A program made the position numbers and the translations under genes. The notes under the pieces were generated by a model. It was not told the origin of the DNA. It saw only the letters and a program-made list of their open reading frames with translations, and did no database searches. DNA of 64,000 nucleotides from Phoronis australis (taxonomy: Eukaryota > Animalia > Phoronida), in contig NMRA01000681.1 in NCBI GenBank assembly GCA_002633005.1, positions 62,001 through 126,000 on the forward strand. Reading direction: 5' to 3'. This document shows, in pieces, positions 1 through 14,809 of the stretch (position 1 is its first letter; each line of letters starts with the position of its first letter).

Positions 1-1304
1 CTGGAACAAAAACCAAGGAAATTTTTTATTCAGACCGACAAACCACGTTCATCATTTTGAACTTAACAGCACATACTATTTGGTTTTATTCTTATTTAGT
101 TCAATCATCTAATGGTTTTAGTCAATAAATATTGCACCAAACAGAGGAGTTTACCGCCCAACAGATTTTTTGGATTCCCTTTGTTTCATAATCACCGGTA
201 CGCCCTCAAGGTGGATGTAATTTCAATATGCATACATAAGGAATGCTACACGTTCCTGTCTTTAGGACAGTATGCACGCTACAATTTTTGTGATGGATAA
301 TTTCACTGTCAAAGAGTCGCCGACTGTAGTCTAGGGGACCTCTTGTAGATTTGCATTTTGTTTCAAATTTCCGCAGCTGAGACAGACACTGAATTGCCCG
401 AGATTGTGGCAGTGTTCACACAAATCACTTTTTACACAGAACCAGAAACTGAAAATCAGAACCCCAGAGGTTCATATCATTTGGTTATTTTTTAGCCAGA
501 AGTGTGGAAGTGCCAACCAGATCGGTTCTTGACGCCATCTTTGGAGCGACAAGAGATAATGCTAGGTTCGGTGAACCTTGTGATTGGTTCATGTATCAGC
601 GGTTCTCTTGCGTGCTACATCAACAACGGAGGTATTGTGATGGTTAACATGGCAACATAGAGATATAGATTGATGCTGGACTTTACATTGGAATCCATTA
701 TGTTATGTTTCATTTCACCCTGCCGCGGCTAAAAATGAAAATGGGGGCCTTTTACTCATACACAATAGTAGTCTCATTATATTTCTTGCCGTTATAAGAT
801 AGGAGTCCATTTCCGTTCATAGCAAGAACGAAAACGCTTCATAGAACTTTTACATACTTATTAGAGTTGGCCAACCCTAAGATCGCGAATTTGAAAACAG
901 CGCATATGTACTCATTGCCCGTGGCCTAATTTGCCGGTTCATTCGGCAACAATTCAAGATCGGGATGAATGCGGTAATATTTTTTTAAACCCAAAAGTCG
1001 AGCTTCAGCATTCAGTGAAATACATGCTTTCTGTCAGAAATTGTTATTTTTTTATTTAGATTACTTACCGTTATGAAATTAATCTCAGTTTGTACCTTGA
1101 TCAAAATAGGTGAGATTTCTGTGTTTGGAAAGAATTGATAGTGTGTTATTTTTCGACCAAGCTCATAAATTTCAGATCACGGCGTGACCTGAGATTTCAT
1201 TGGGCTTAGTCTAAAGAAATGTCAGTGAACCAATATGCAATCTCTTCAGACAGTCAATGACACCTTTGATAAACAGTGATTATCATTTTGCATTCTTATT
1301 ACAG

Positions 1305-2817
1305 GCAAATCAATGGTGTACATGAACATGTATGAGTATGGCATTCCCTATTTCATTTTCTCAATTCCCGCCTTCTACTTGACGGTTGATGGTTTTGCGT
1401 ACTACGTTCACATGGCACTTCACTGGCCAATATTCTACAAGAGCATTCACAAGTATCATCATCGATTTTACGCACCGACAACATTTGCAGCTGTCGCCAT
1501 GCATCCAGTGGAGTTTATAGCACTGAGCAGCGCAATCTTCGTCCCATTGTTCATAATTCCAGTGCATGTGTGTAAGTTGGGTGTATCAGTTTCTACGAAT
1601 TTCGTATCGTATCTCACGCATATTTCATCTACTTCCGAAAAAACCCAATAGTTTGAAAATTGAAAATATTGAGTGAAGATCCCTTTTGGAACCAAAGAAC
1701 AGTACCCTGATGTGGAATTGTATGCAGCCGTTTCGTCCAATATCTCGCGGACTTGATTCACCACCGGGTGCACTCTCTATCGTTGTAGAATAAAACGATA
1801 AAAACTACTGGGGATTCTCCACAAGTCGGGGGAATCCCGTAACAGATCTGAATACACTGCAGACAGATCTAGTCCGTGAGTGCACCCCAGCCTGTAATAT
1901 GGGTGGGGGGGGCTCGAATTTCCGACGATGTGGACCTTTTACTAACAAAAAAGTGAGAGGACTAAAAAAAGAACTGGGTACCACGTTCGGAGCTGTGAAA
2001 TGTGCGTTTATTCCTTTTTCGTGAACTTTTGTCTCGTTCTCGGACTTTTTGTTCGTCTGAGGTGGACCTTTTTGCCCACTTCGCCAAATGCCTGGGTGCG
2101 CCCATGAAATCCCGCATCTCTGTTAAGACTAGGTCTTTGCACTTGGATATCAATTGCTTCTCGTACCATACGCTGCACTTCTCTCACTGGTTGTAGACTT
2201 AGTATATACTTGAGTCCTCATTAGAGGTCTGGTGATGTAGATCTCTGTAATATACATACTCTCATCAATGTGAAAATTCATTTTCAAAAAGTGCCAGTTG
2301 AATACCAACTCTAGAATGGTCCTACCGGCAGTTTGTTTAAACTTTGGCTGTCTTGTATTTTTCAGCAATTGCCATCGTTACTGCTGTTTACGTATTTTAC
2401 TATGGAATGGTGGACCACTCTGGAGTCATGATGGATTCAATTTGGCCATGGCAACCAGAATCCAAGTTCCATGACGACCATCATAAGTACGTAAGATGCT
2501 TATTATTTATTTAACACAATTCTCACCTTTCGAGTAAAATAAGCGCATACACATCTAACTTGTGATTTTCCTAAAATTAAAGAAATGTTTTGCAAATTTG
2601 AGTTAATTATACCGTCTCGTTATTAGTGTAACAGTTAATGTTGTATTTTTTTGACGTAAAATGCTTCTTTTCCAGGTATTTTCACGTAAACTTTGGAATC
2701 AATTCCAAGTTATTTGATTGGCTGCACGACACACTCCGACGTGACGACCGGGAATATGGAGAAGATGTATTCTATGGCAGGGGGTGTAAGAAGACAGAGA
2801 AGCAGAAGTCCGAATAA
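1305..2817 (+). CDS. Sterol desaturase / fatty-acid hydroxylase family protein (SC5D/ERG3-like), 3' exons only
   Basis: Three GT-AG exons in compatible phase: 1305-1571, 2366-2486, 2676-2817 (TAA). The spliced peptide has the three His boxes HMALH, HKYHH and HDDHH(K), followed by YFHVNFG..FDWLH. No 5' exons were recognised, so they are probably upstream of the window. Confidence 0.85.
1766..1887. mobile_element. Short MITE-like element
   Basis: Inverted ends gggtgcactc / gagtgcaccc about 120 bp apart, in an intron; no clear TSD. Confidence 0.4.
1899..2106 (+). mobile_element. MITE copy related to 19629-19866
   Basis: Shares gggggctcgaatt..., ctaacaaaa...ggactaaaaaaa, tttttgcccacttcgccaaatg and cctgggtgcgc.catg with the 19.6 kb copy. 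Confidence 0.65.
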
Positions 2818-3487
2818 TTTTAATTAATTTACATTTGTGATTAAAACAAGAAGCAATGCAAAGTTCTGCTATCAGTATCAGTGTCAGGGTAACTACAATG
2901 CACGCCAATGCAAGTGACAATGTTATACTGAAATTTTCCCCGAATGATTTTATAGTTTGAATGTTTATAATTGGTTTCCGTTTAAGTATTTTTAAAAATA
3001 AATATTGTTTACATTCTGAGAGGGCGTAAAAAGGCAGGTGGAAAAAATCGAATGTAGACAGTATTAAATACTGAATTGAATTCCTTAACCGGGCGTCTCC
3101 CTCATAATAATGAGTGTCTGCCGAGTCAGTTGATAGACGCCATTTGAGATTTGATATTGCCGCTCAGAGGACTTATTTTCAATAACCGCGGAGTTCCAAG
3201 AGAGCCAAGGTTTTCTAATGTTGACCTAATTCAGAATAAATACAAAGGGTGGAAACAATAGCATGGTCAGCACTCCGGTCAGCTATATTGCCGAATATAA
3301 GTCCGGTGAAAAATCTGATATACCAGACTGGAGTACAGAGCATTTTGGGCGCTTGTGCCAATTAAGTATAGTGGCCTGGGTCTAAGGGTTTGTGGAGCGC
3401 GGGATTTGGTGTCTGCTGGTCCGGGACTGGGTTTTGAGGATCATCACTGGATTTTAGAGACGCAACCAAGGAATTGTTTCCACCTCT

Positions 3488-4220
3488 TGAAGACGCAATG
3501 CAACGTTTTGCTGTCAACACCAGTGTCATTGTTCGGGTAACTATAATGCGTATCAATGCCCGTGTACTGTAATACTTAGCTTTTACTGGTCCTATATTTT
3601 GACCAATTCTGTGGTGTACTATAAATGTATAATTAAGGGATTTTTGTACTGTTCAATGATGCGTATCAACGCAAGTGTTATATCAAAGTTCAAAAGATAT
3701 TATGGATATTACTAAAGGGTTATCCCTTGAAGAAGCAATGCAACGTTTTGCTGTCACTGTCTGTGTCTTTGTTCAGGTAACTCTATAATGTACCTCAATG
3801 CAAATGATTTACTTTGGTTTTAATAGTTCTATATTTTGACCAATTCTTTGGTTTACTCTTAAATACGTGTATAATTAAAATATTTTTGTAATGTTCAATG
3901 ACGTTATCAATGCAAGTGTGATATCAAGGTTAAACAGATGTTTTGGATATTTCTAAGGAAGAAGCAATGCAACTTTTTACCAGATCATTGTCCCTGTTAT
4001 TTTTTTGGATAACTATATAATGCACGTCAATGCAAGTATTACCCTTATGTTTTACTGGTTCTATAATTTACCTATTGTTAACTGTTAAATCCCAAGATAA
4101 CTAAGAGATGTTTTGTGCTGTTCAACGATATGTATCAATGCAAGTGCTGCTACATTAAGCCTTTGCACCTTTTTGGTATTACTAAACGAATACCAAGAAT
4201 GGTGTAAATGCAAGCGTTAT
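3488..4220. repeat. Degenerate tandem repeat, ~235-240-bp unit, about 3 copies
   Basis: Recurrent gcaatgcaac.tttt...taact.ta.aatg...tatcaa.gcaagtg starting near 3490, 3730 and 3960; a related partial copy lies at ~2850. Confidence 0.6.
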
Positions 4221-6049
4221 GCTTGGCTTTTACTGATTATATACAAGTAGTCTGAATGTCTTGAGTTACTATAACAATGAGTGTCTATGCAGGTTATTTT
4301 TAAATTTTTTAAATGATTGTATATTTTGGGTTTTTCAAACTGGTTACCATTCAAAAGGTATATCCATAATGTAGAGATTTTTCGTAAAGATCAACAATAA
4401 TTATATTTTAGCGATCATATATTTTGAAAATTTTTAAAAGGTTACTGGTAAAAAGGTATAACATTTTTGCAATATGGAAGTGTTTTGGTAACTTTATCAC
4501 CAATGTAGGACACAATAAATATTACAGTACCAAATAAATGCTTCATCATTTTTAAAGTTTATACCCAATAAGTGGTTTATCATTTCTAAATTCTAAACCA
4601 AATAAATGCTTTTATCATTTCTAAATTCTATACCACAGTTAACATCAGACAATACTTTGAAAAATTATAGGGCATTCAATCAACAACCAGTTTTAGTAAT
4701 TGGTCTTATCTGCAATTTGACCTGTGATTTTACCACATTAATATTTAGGGTTTTAAGGATTCTATATTTGGGATATTTTGAAAGGTTCATTATTAAACAT
4801 TGGATAATGAAGAGCTTTGGTACTGTTTAATAATAATATGTGTCAATGCAAGGGTTGTATTTAAGGTTTTAATGATTTTATTATATATATTTTCAAATGT
4901 CTTTTTATCAAAGCCCCATGCAAGGCCATCTTTGAAAACCATTGTTTGGTTCATGTTTTGGTAAGCCGCAATCCTTTGTTGTGATGTTCTAATACCAGCA
5001 GTTAGCCATCCTAATTAAAGATTAAACCGTGGAATGAATGCGGTTTGTTGATTACTTCAGCAGTCAGTACCGCCATGTTGTTTTATTCCACTTTGAAGTT
5101 TGCATTTTCGCCACCTTGACTCACTGAGTGTTGTCCAAGACTTTCAAAAAGTAAAAAGTGTAGCAATTTTATATGGGCCAGGTTTTAACAGTAACCCCAC
5201 TGTGTCATTGCAAGTTGTTTAGGTTTTACTGAGTTTATCTTTCATGCCATTTTCGAATGGGTCACTGCTAAAAAGGTTGGCAATTAAAAGATATTTGAAA
5301 TATTGTTTATCTCTTTGGTCTGGCAGATCACATGCTGTTTTACACTTATTGCACAATAAATCAGGTTTTGCCTAGGGATATGTTTGTAGAGATTAGTTAG
5401 GTAAATACTGGATATACTTTTAAATAGTCATCAAACAAAACTAGCTGGTTAACCCGCCTTCCCGTAAAGACTTTTGCTTTAGGGGACCACCCTTACAAAA
5501 TTGGTCTCTTATTTCTGGGCTTGGAAAGAACTGAGATTTTGTTGTTGTTCGAGATCTAGCTCAATAAATTCAGCTGGCTCGTCAAGCGGGGATTGTATGT
5601 GCTGAGCTTGCTCTCGACCACAACCACTCCATCAGTTCTTCCCTAGCCCAGGAACAAATTGAGACCTATTGTGGTCTCACGACCGAAGGCAGGTTTATCA
5701 TGTAAGCCACTTTTAAGTATGGGGATATGCATTCTGTGAATGCAAACAAACTGGTACTGTAGTAAATCAGAAAATCAAAAAAAAGATATCACCACTTACT
5801 GCAACATTTATGGTGACTGGTCAGTGATGAGTATTGTAGACTCTCAAATGAATTTTTATGTTTTTAATGGAAGATGCGTACTCTTTAAACAAATACCTTT
5901 TTATGATAAACTGTAAGTTGTTTAAATTCACAATTCTGTTTCCTTAGCCTTGTAGACAGTGAGATGTACTCCAATGAAAATTGGAGATGATGAGTTAAAA
6001 AACCTGTCTGTCTTATAAGGACCTACACAGTCATCTAAATCCATGTTTG

Positions 6050-9000
6050 TCAACTGGTCATCTGCTGCACAACATATTCTAATCTCATGGCTGCTGACAA
6101 GTCTCCTGATACACACAATAATCCACTAATGTAAGCTTGCATTGCCTTTAGTTCACCCGTGAACAAACGATGAATGTCTTCCACGGAGATAGCAATGGTT
6201 GCATCAGGTAGTCCACAGGTCGGAGGGCCCTCACCAGCACTACCGTGTCCTGTGGATAAAGTAAACAATTAGGCTGGGATTTAAGGTCAATCATTAATTT
6301 TCTTTGTCTTGTCTTCCAACAACATAAAATTTGCATGTGTGTTGTTTATCACCAGTATTTCAGAACAGAGAACATCAACTCAACATGCCACCTCCTTTGA
6401 AATCTCATGAATTTCTTCAAAATTTTCATTTTATTTTATAAATGCAATTTTTAATTTTTTTATCAAAATTATAAAAATCCTATTTTTTGATCGCCTCTGT
6501 TTCAAAAAGGTTATCTTAAGAACAATAATTCCAAACTGCTTTTCAATGAGCTGTGCATAAATCATACTATCAATCTGATCACCCTTGAGATATGATGTTT
6601 GAAAGTCAGCAAACCATATATTTTTCTAGGGTTCTACATAATCATTTGTACAACTCTGGAAATGACACTGAGCACATAACCACCCACCATATTTGAGATT
6701 CAAATGGAACACTCCTCCCCCTTCTCCAGATATTTCAAACTGGTACACAGCATCCACAGTCCTGACTAGATTGTCGTTTATCAGCAAGCAGATCACCTCT
6801 AGCAGCTGTTTAGGGGTTAGAACAGGAACGGTGGACTTCTTCTGATCTTGTGTATCTAAAATCAATGCCAAAATCAGTGGTCACCATAGACTACAATACA
6901 TGGCCACCAACTCTGTACATTGTCACTGCACAAGACCTGTAATATTGGACACAAGACACCTGTGGACACAAGACACCTGTAATATTGGACACAAGAGACC
7001 TGTAATGCTGAGCACATGAGACCTGTAATATTGGTCACAAGAGATCTGTAATATTTGACACAAAAGACTTGTAATATTGAACACAAGCCACAACAACACT
7101 AGTTACAAGCAGTGCCTACTATGTAAGCCAGTTCTACTCCAACAGGTACGTCTGCTTACAATAAGCAGACAACAAAAGCAGCCAGTGTTAGAGCCTCAAT
7201 TTTGTAATTGCATTGCTACAACTATTGCCAAAATTACTTACAGTGCCAAGAGTTCTACTAAAGGAAGATGCTGATAAAATATTCAGTTTCTTTTCAACTG
7301 AATTTCCCATCCAAATACACATACTAAAAGCTGAGATTGGCACAAGACATAAAAGCTGAGGTTGGCACAAGACATAAAAGCTGAGGTTGGCACAAGACGT
7401 AAATTGTGTATCTACAGGGAATTTATCAGACATGGAACTGTATTATCTATGATCTTTACTGATGAAGAAGTACTCTTCAACAACTGTGCAAGGACAGTAT
7501 TAACTTTTTAGTCGCCATTCAAACACTCTTGTTCTTATGTTAGTGAAGCTAAAGCATTTGCATGAAATACCATCTACGCCATTTATTACTCACACAAATT
7601 TCCTGACTTATGTATGTTTTGTGATAGAAATAGCTTTGGTAAATATTTTTGTGATCATTCACTTCATCAAACTATCTATTGGTCATATCGAATGACCTAA
7701 CTGAGATTTTAAAACAGGATGTTCTGTCATTACTATTACATTCAATTCAAATTCCAAGAGACAACTTTGGCAAACTAAAAATAAAGACAAAGTTTTTGTC
7801 TGACATTCATATGGCATATGTATCCTGTCAATTTGTTTACAGCTAAAGCTATTGTTTTAATTCTGACAATGCAAGTGCACCAAGAGTGAGAAACATTAAT
7901 CAATGTGTATATTCTGTAAATGTATCTCAACTGACAATTGATACGACCAAAAACAAGCATAATAGAGCAAACTTTCCACTTCAGTAGGCTTTACTAATCA
8001 AAATGAATGTAATCATGTAAGACATGAGAAATGATATTCGTAGTCATTGCTGGTGTTCGCATTAACTACAAGGTAAATTAAAAATTGGGAACAACAGGAC
8101 TGGGAAATTTTATGCGATTAAGGTGAAATGTGACTTATCTGAAGTACAGCACTCCTACAGGTGCAGCAAAGAAGAGGTGAAACATTGGTTGCTTAAATTA
8201 TCTGACACTGCATGGAGGAAGTGCTCCACATAGAGACAACAAGACAAATATTTCCAAACCCTTTTGAACCAAAAGGTTCTGAGGCCTTCATGCCTAGATA
8301 GGCTTGCAATTTGGCAGGTGAAACAGGTTTTCAGCTGTAGCTCAATATCAGAACACTTCAGGCAACATGACATGCTAAGGCTGACCTAAGTGTGGCAACC
8401 TACTAATTGATGGACACATAACCTGCCTGAACGATATTGCTAGATAACTCAGGTTGTAGTCTTCAACTCTTTAGGGAAAAAAGTCAGTTTGAAGGTTTTA
8501 GTCATGAGGAACCCCATGAGTCACAATCAGGTGATTAGTGCAAGGTACCCAGCCTTGTGACCTAAGCACGACTGCTGCATCCCAAAAGGGATCAAACCAC
8601 CTGCCTACTTTTTACTGTAGAATGGCGGTGTTCAAAATCAGCAAAGAACAGACTCATGTGCATTCAACTTAGGCCAAGTAAATTCTACCACTCACTATCA
8701 ACAGTAGTTACCACCAGTCTATTGACAAAATAAAAATATGATAATAAAACTTTTGCCCAAGCAAGAAACTTTCAATTATCAGTTCAACAGTAAACTCACC
8801 AGCATCAGAGCCCATATCAATTAGGCATGCACTGGAGTCTGTTGTTGCTGGAGACTTGATTGTGCTGCCCTCTGTGGCAAAGGCAGACACTAACTGTGAA
8901 AATGGCTTTTCCTCATGTTCTTGGTGCATCAAGTTGGGAAATAGTTGTTGAAAAATGCTTGTAATGGCCGCCATACCTCCAGGGGGGCCAGACACTAGAG

Positions 9001-12000
9001 GGCAGTCAGTCTGAAGAACCTTCACTTGTGAACTGCAAAAATGAGAGTTTTGGTTGGTTCGATATTCTAACATTTGAACATAGTATACTGAAGTCTATGC
9101 CAAACTAATGGCCAAGCAAATAAAAACAAAGCTTAACTGTCAACTGCAAACAAAGTGATTTTAATTACATTCTCCACTTCTGAAATTTCAAGGTTGCTAT
9201 TCAGTAGTTTAGAAGTATTGCAGTCAAAGCATTATCAGTCAGAGACCAGCATGTTCTAAAATTGATGATTTTGTAGCAGAATACCACTAAAGCTAACTTT
9301 TGAAGAAAGTAACTGTGTAGAAATACACTTGCAAACTGAATGCCAAAATAAAGAAGATCAAATGGTACACATAAATTCATACAACTTACATTTCTACACG
9401 GGTGACCTTAATTCCCCAAACAAAAGTCTGCTGGCATATTGTGCTCTGAAATACCAACACTATGATTAGTAAATCATGTAATATTGTAATAAGCACCAAT
9501 TTTATACAGCATCCCAAGATCAACTTGTTTTACTTTAAGCCACGTTATGAATCGGGTAACACACCAGCCAACATCCTGTCTGCTTGACAGCCATGTTGCT
9601 TTCAGCAAAAACCTTTAAAGGTACAATAACCCCTCGCTTTCTGTCAAAAACAACTTTTGATTCAGGCCACTGATTACTATAAAATTGGTTTCAAATGTTC
9701 CTTATTCTAGTTAGATTTCCAAGGATTGAAGAAAAGAAATGAAGTTTGTAATTTGCATAAAATCAGGCTCACTAAGTTGCTAGTCACAGTGGGCAGAGTC
9801 AAGTGTTTAAGCAGTATACTAGGTCTTTTATTGTATATAAACTATTTTAATTCAAACAAAAGGAAAACAACACGATGACGTAGCTTTAGAAGATCCAATA
9901 CATCTGTGAAAACAGTTGCTTTTGAAGGCAGTACCTTGGTTTGTAGCACCAAGTTTTTGTGTTATTTCCTAAGTAAAAATTTGTCAGTGCTTCACATTCA
10001 GGGAGAAAAATCACTTCTGACCAAACTCGGTAACAATTTCAGCTAAGGCAGATCAAGAGCCCCTTTTAAAATAACACGAAAGTCAATGGCTGCAGCTTGC
10101 CATTTTTAAGTTTATCATGATATCAGTCTTTTGAAATTGTTGATACCATACATATGCCAGTGAGCTAAGATCAACTTTTTCAGTTATCCTTCACCAACAG
10201 CAAGTTTTTATAACAGCATCAGTGTAAGACTGACCATAATGTAAAACACATCATTGATTTAAATACCATTTTAACCTTCAATAGTGCACAGTATTCAATA
10301 AAATGCAGTAAGATGTCACCTATTCCGGACAAAAGCAATTGCCTGAATTACCTTTTCTACATTTTTCAAGGTTTTACAACACTATCGTCATTGGCCACAG
10401 TTTTTCAAAATAATGGTCCATGGAAGCTATGATACAGAAGTTGAACATGGTAGCATCAAGTTGGTGAAACACACCTTTTAATAAAGGAAAAATGACAACA
10501 GAAAATTTCACTTGTTTGCTGCATTGTAAAAAAAACACCAACATCAAAGCTTTCAAAAACACCAATGTCCAGAACATGGAACCATAAGTTTTAGACAACA
10601 GTTTCGCAACTCCCACATTTTCCTGCAAAATGTCCTAGAGGAGGCGCCACCCTCTAAACATAGCAAGCTCAACTTCCGGTCAGTGTATTGTGACGGGAAA
10701 TTCTTCTCTCTATTTTACTGTCTACTGTAATGAAAAAATAATAATTTTGGCATTGAACTGTTGTTCAAGGTCTTCCAATGATAAAATCCAGAAATTTTGA
10801 GTGGCACCGGCATGCATTCGAGCTTAAAATGAAACGTCATGTAAACTGCTGTTGAAGTGCGAGATTGGTTATTGAGTAGGCCTGGTGGTTATTTCTGGAG
10901 TATTAATATGAGCTTTATTTAATAAGTTAGTGTTTCAAGAGCGTTCGAATTATCTAAACACGGATGTGAGTTGAGCAAAATCGCTGATCCAAATCCCAAC
11001 AACATGACAACGATTAGCAGACGACGCACTTGCCAGAAGTAATGCCTGCTATATCTGCCAGGTGTCGCAGTGAATAATGATGTCACGGCTTATGCGTAAG
11101 ATCACAGATTTTGTCTATTGAAAATATATGGAGTTGGTGGTCCATGTACTATAATCTATGATGGAACTCAAACCTGCAGCCCCACATTGATGGTGGGTCT
11201 TCCTGTTTCTATCTCTGACAACTTCAGCTTGCCAACATACTTAAGTAGAGTAGTTTGTGCCGCTACTCGTGTGGCTTGATTGAGGTCTTGTGTACTTATG
11301 ACTGACAGCGTGGGGTCGTGAACTTCATATTGCACTTCTGCACCTAATTCTATGACAGCACCATCTTTTGTAAAAACCTGCAAAAACAAATCTTAAATAT
11401 TAAGATTGATAACATAAATTTAATGATAAAAATGAAGAAGAGGTTACCACAATTTGTTATTGGAGACCCAAATTTCTGTAAGCCATAAATCGAATATTTT
11501 AAATACTTAACTTAAAAAATATTAAGTATTAATTAGAATTTAAAAATCAATCAGACTGAAGAACCACAAGAGAAATTTAATAAGATTGAAAAAGTTAAAT
11601 AAAATTAAAGTTTACAATAAACAGCCTGTTTTTCTGTTCTACATGTGACAACAGAGAACTTTCAGGAGCCAATGGGCCTGACTATTAATCCACCTGGCTC
11701 TACTAGGAGGTACATCTTATTCGCAGCAGGTGGCAAAAGGGAACTTGTTTAACCTTGTGAACATATCTTTCCACAGTGTATGTGAATACATGTGATGTGT
11801 CATTTAAACAAAAGTTAAATTACCTCCTTGTCCTCTAGAGGCCACTAATATCCAGTCCCATGAGATCAGTTGCCACATTGCTATATGAAAGTTTCAAATT
11901 GTATACCTTAATAACACTCCAACAAAGTGTTAACAGGTCAGCATGACCCCTTTTATAAATGATAATACTGTTGTCTCTCGTGGATACACCAGAACTAGTC

Positions 12001-14809
12001 CATGGCAGTTATACCTGAATTTAGTGCTGTGGTGCGATCCTCCATTACTCACCTTCTGTGGTGGTACACTGAATGCCCTGGTGCGAGTGTCTACCCTGAC
12101 ACACCTGTCTATGCAGGGAATTATGAATACAATACCTGTAATTGACACATAAATGTAAGAGTCATGGTTCATTATGGCCAAGTGTTGAAGCTCTGTTATC
12201 TACAGTACTGCATTTACAAACAAAGTCATTAATAAAATCTATCATTTCAGTTGTACATAATCTGAATCGAATACTATTTCTGGCATAAAGCTGGCCCTCT
12301 GAGAAGAGGCACAAAATGGTGGTAATTCACTTACCACATGAAAACAGAAACCTGTGACTAGCAATTTATTTTCCAATCAAGTTACGAAAAAATTGAAAAT
12401 TAAGCATTTTGTTATTTAGTCAGATTGCACATGCTTTCAGCGGCCAAAACTTAACAAATTTCAGACAATCTTCCATGCCAAAAACAACGATCCATTCAGA
12501 ACATTGTACAAAATGAATGACGGGAGTCAGAATGCTTTGGCAAAAATCGGGAAGGCCCGTTCATACCTTGGAGAGGTAATGTGTGCTGATCGCCTACTTT
12601 TGCCCACGCCTCCACTGGATATTAGGCCTAAGGGGAACTTAGTTGGTACAGAGCGGGTAAGACACTGCTAATTTCCTTTCCACTAAAATACACCCGTCTG
12701 CCTCTAGGCATTCGAGGTTGTTTTTGCCAACATTTGTTGAGTTCACTGCTTCTCCAATTCAGGTACATCATTGTTTTTTTCCAGCTGTTGCCAACTATGC
12801 ATCATTTGCATGGGCCAAAACTGCAACCCCGTATGCAGGTTTTTATTTTGGCAATCTCAATTCCCGTTTCATGACCTGGGAATTCAGCCAGGTCGCATTT
12901 GGTAAGTTGACATTACTATGCCAAGCATCGAGCCCTGAAATTGTTACACTATTCACGAGCCTGAGATGTGCAAACATAATCCCAGTCTTACTGCAACATA
13001 CCTGGACCCAAAGCTGGCTTCTTTAGTCTGCCTAATCGGAAGACGACCAGTCTGTCATATGGCTTAATCACCTGCAAACCGAAAGGATAATACAATAGTA
13101 TCTGACTGCTTGTCATCAAGACAGTACTCCTCTGACATATTCCAATTAGTTGTGGTCAAAGACTATAACAAAGTCCTCAATTTAGGATACATCAAAACAG
13201 AAGAGTGAAATTTGATTTTCTTATAAATTCTTTAACAAAAATGAAAGGACTATTTTTTATATAAAAGAATGTTAAGCATCATTGCTGCTTGTAATAGCGG
13301 ATAATAAAAGCTCTTAATTACTGTCATAAAATGTCAAAAAACAAATAATTTCCTATTAAAATCATGTAAAATAACCTGCATAATGTCACGATTTAATGTC
13401 ATATTCCTCAGATAATCATCATGAAAAACGACTCTCACTCATTTATCAGCATATGTAACTTCCCGTTCATATTTAAAGACCAAACCAATTCATCTTCAAT
13501 CCATTTGCCTTATTGTAAATCAGTACTGGGGGTAAAATCAGTCATTATCAGTTGAACAGTCTTACTCTGAAACTCTCCACTTAGCTTGGTCAGCTTATAA
13601 GAGTGGTTATGATCACAAACAAATTGGAACCTGCTTGAAGGAATGTCCTACTAAGTCGAAACCAAGGATATGACATAAAGCGGGTTACACAGCTAAGAGG
13701 GCTCCATTGTAGTAATTGCAATGCATGTTTTTCCCAAATAATAATTCACGAAATTTCTCCTCTCAACTGTTTCACATACATGTATATGCACTTAATTCCT
13801 GACATAGGCGCAGCCCCTCACATATAGGCGCATGAGCCTAAATATGTGCACATATTGTGAAAAGAGGAGGGAAAATGCTGCTTCACTGTTCAGCATCGAC
13901 TTCTCTATCATTATAATCAATGCTCCATTCATCCTGAAAAAGTAACCTTTGAACCACAAAAATAATAGTTACCTTTACACAGAACCATATTGAAACTGGA
14001 AATGTCAGCAGCACCCCGATATAGCTGACAACAGTCACAACAAGGGAAAGTATAACACTGAATCGGGTCTCTTTTTGTCCTGAAAAAACAAAAAGTATCA
14101 TTAACTTAGCTTTAAAATAAAAAATCAAACAAACATTCATTTCCAAAATACAATATTCTACTGAAGTCTGCAATATTTATTATCATAAGATTTGGACAAA
14201 TTATGAAGCTTTAGCCACCACACATTTCTGAGTCAAAAACACTCATATTCACTATTGAAAAGTCTAGACCATTTGAGTTGATATATTTATATTATTCTTA
14301 ATAAATATAACATTTTAGAAAAAACATTTTAGGAAAAACTGGAGGTATGCACAAATTGTAACAAAGTGGTCAGCTTTTTCACTTTTTGTACATTATAGCT
14401 TTCTGACTCTCCAACTATGGTACACTGGGATTGTGTGAGGGATGAATGGTTGACCTACATCTGTGTACCATTGTTTTATTGGAATCCGTGGAATCGAATA
14501 AAATATCGAAAAAAGACTTGACACAGAAATATCATTAACTGGATTCAAACACTTATAGCTAGGGTTGGCTGATGAAAGTTGAGCAACCTATAGATATGGT
14601 ACAATCCACTATGTAAGCGCCTCATTATTGTACTTGCCATTTTCCACCACCGAACTTCTGCTGGCTGAGTACACAAATGGAGACTTGAAGTCAAAAGTTT
14701 GTTTGCCTCCATAATCAATACCAGACCCAAAGTCAAATGGTGAACTGAAGTCAATTTTGCAGCCAACGTCCTCCAAAGGAATTGAACTGTACTTCACTTG
14801 TGATCCCAT
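6050..14809 (-). CDS. STOML1: Stomatin-like protein 1 (SPFH/Band 7 domain + C-terminal SCP2 sterol-binding domain), ~430 aa
   Basis: Nine phase-compatible exons (minus): 14638-14809, 13973-14079, 13002-13071, 12053-12135, 11174-11377, 9390-9445, 8800-9032, 6688-6855, 6050-6249 (total 1293 nt). Motifs: hydrophobic segment LLTFPVSIWFCVK, YDRLVVFRLGR..GPG, IPCIDR..RVD.RTRAFSVPPQ.V.TKDGA, WGIKVTRVE, and SCP2-type YQFEISGEGGG.F.L.LK.G.G and GELKAMQAY.SG.L.VSGDL..AMRL. Confidence 0.92.
6928..7088. repeat. Minisatellite (~22-23 bp) in STOML1 intron
   Basis: Repeated acacaaga(c/g)acctgtaatattgg. Confidence 0.75.
7337..7398. repeat. Short tandem repeat (25 bp, ~2.5 copies)
   Basis: ttggcacaagacataaaagctgagg repeated. 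Confidence 0.65.

Noticed and set aside
2491-2496. Alternative donor GTAAGA in the desaturase gene
   Set aside because: Out of phase with the final exon; the donor at 2487 preserves HHKYFHVNFG.
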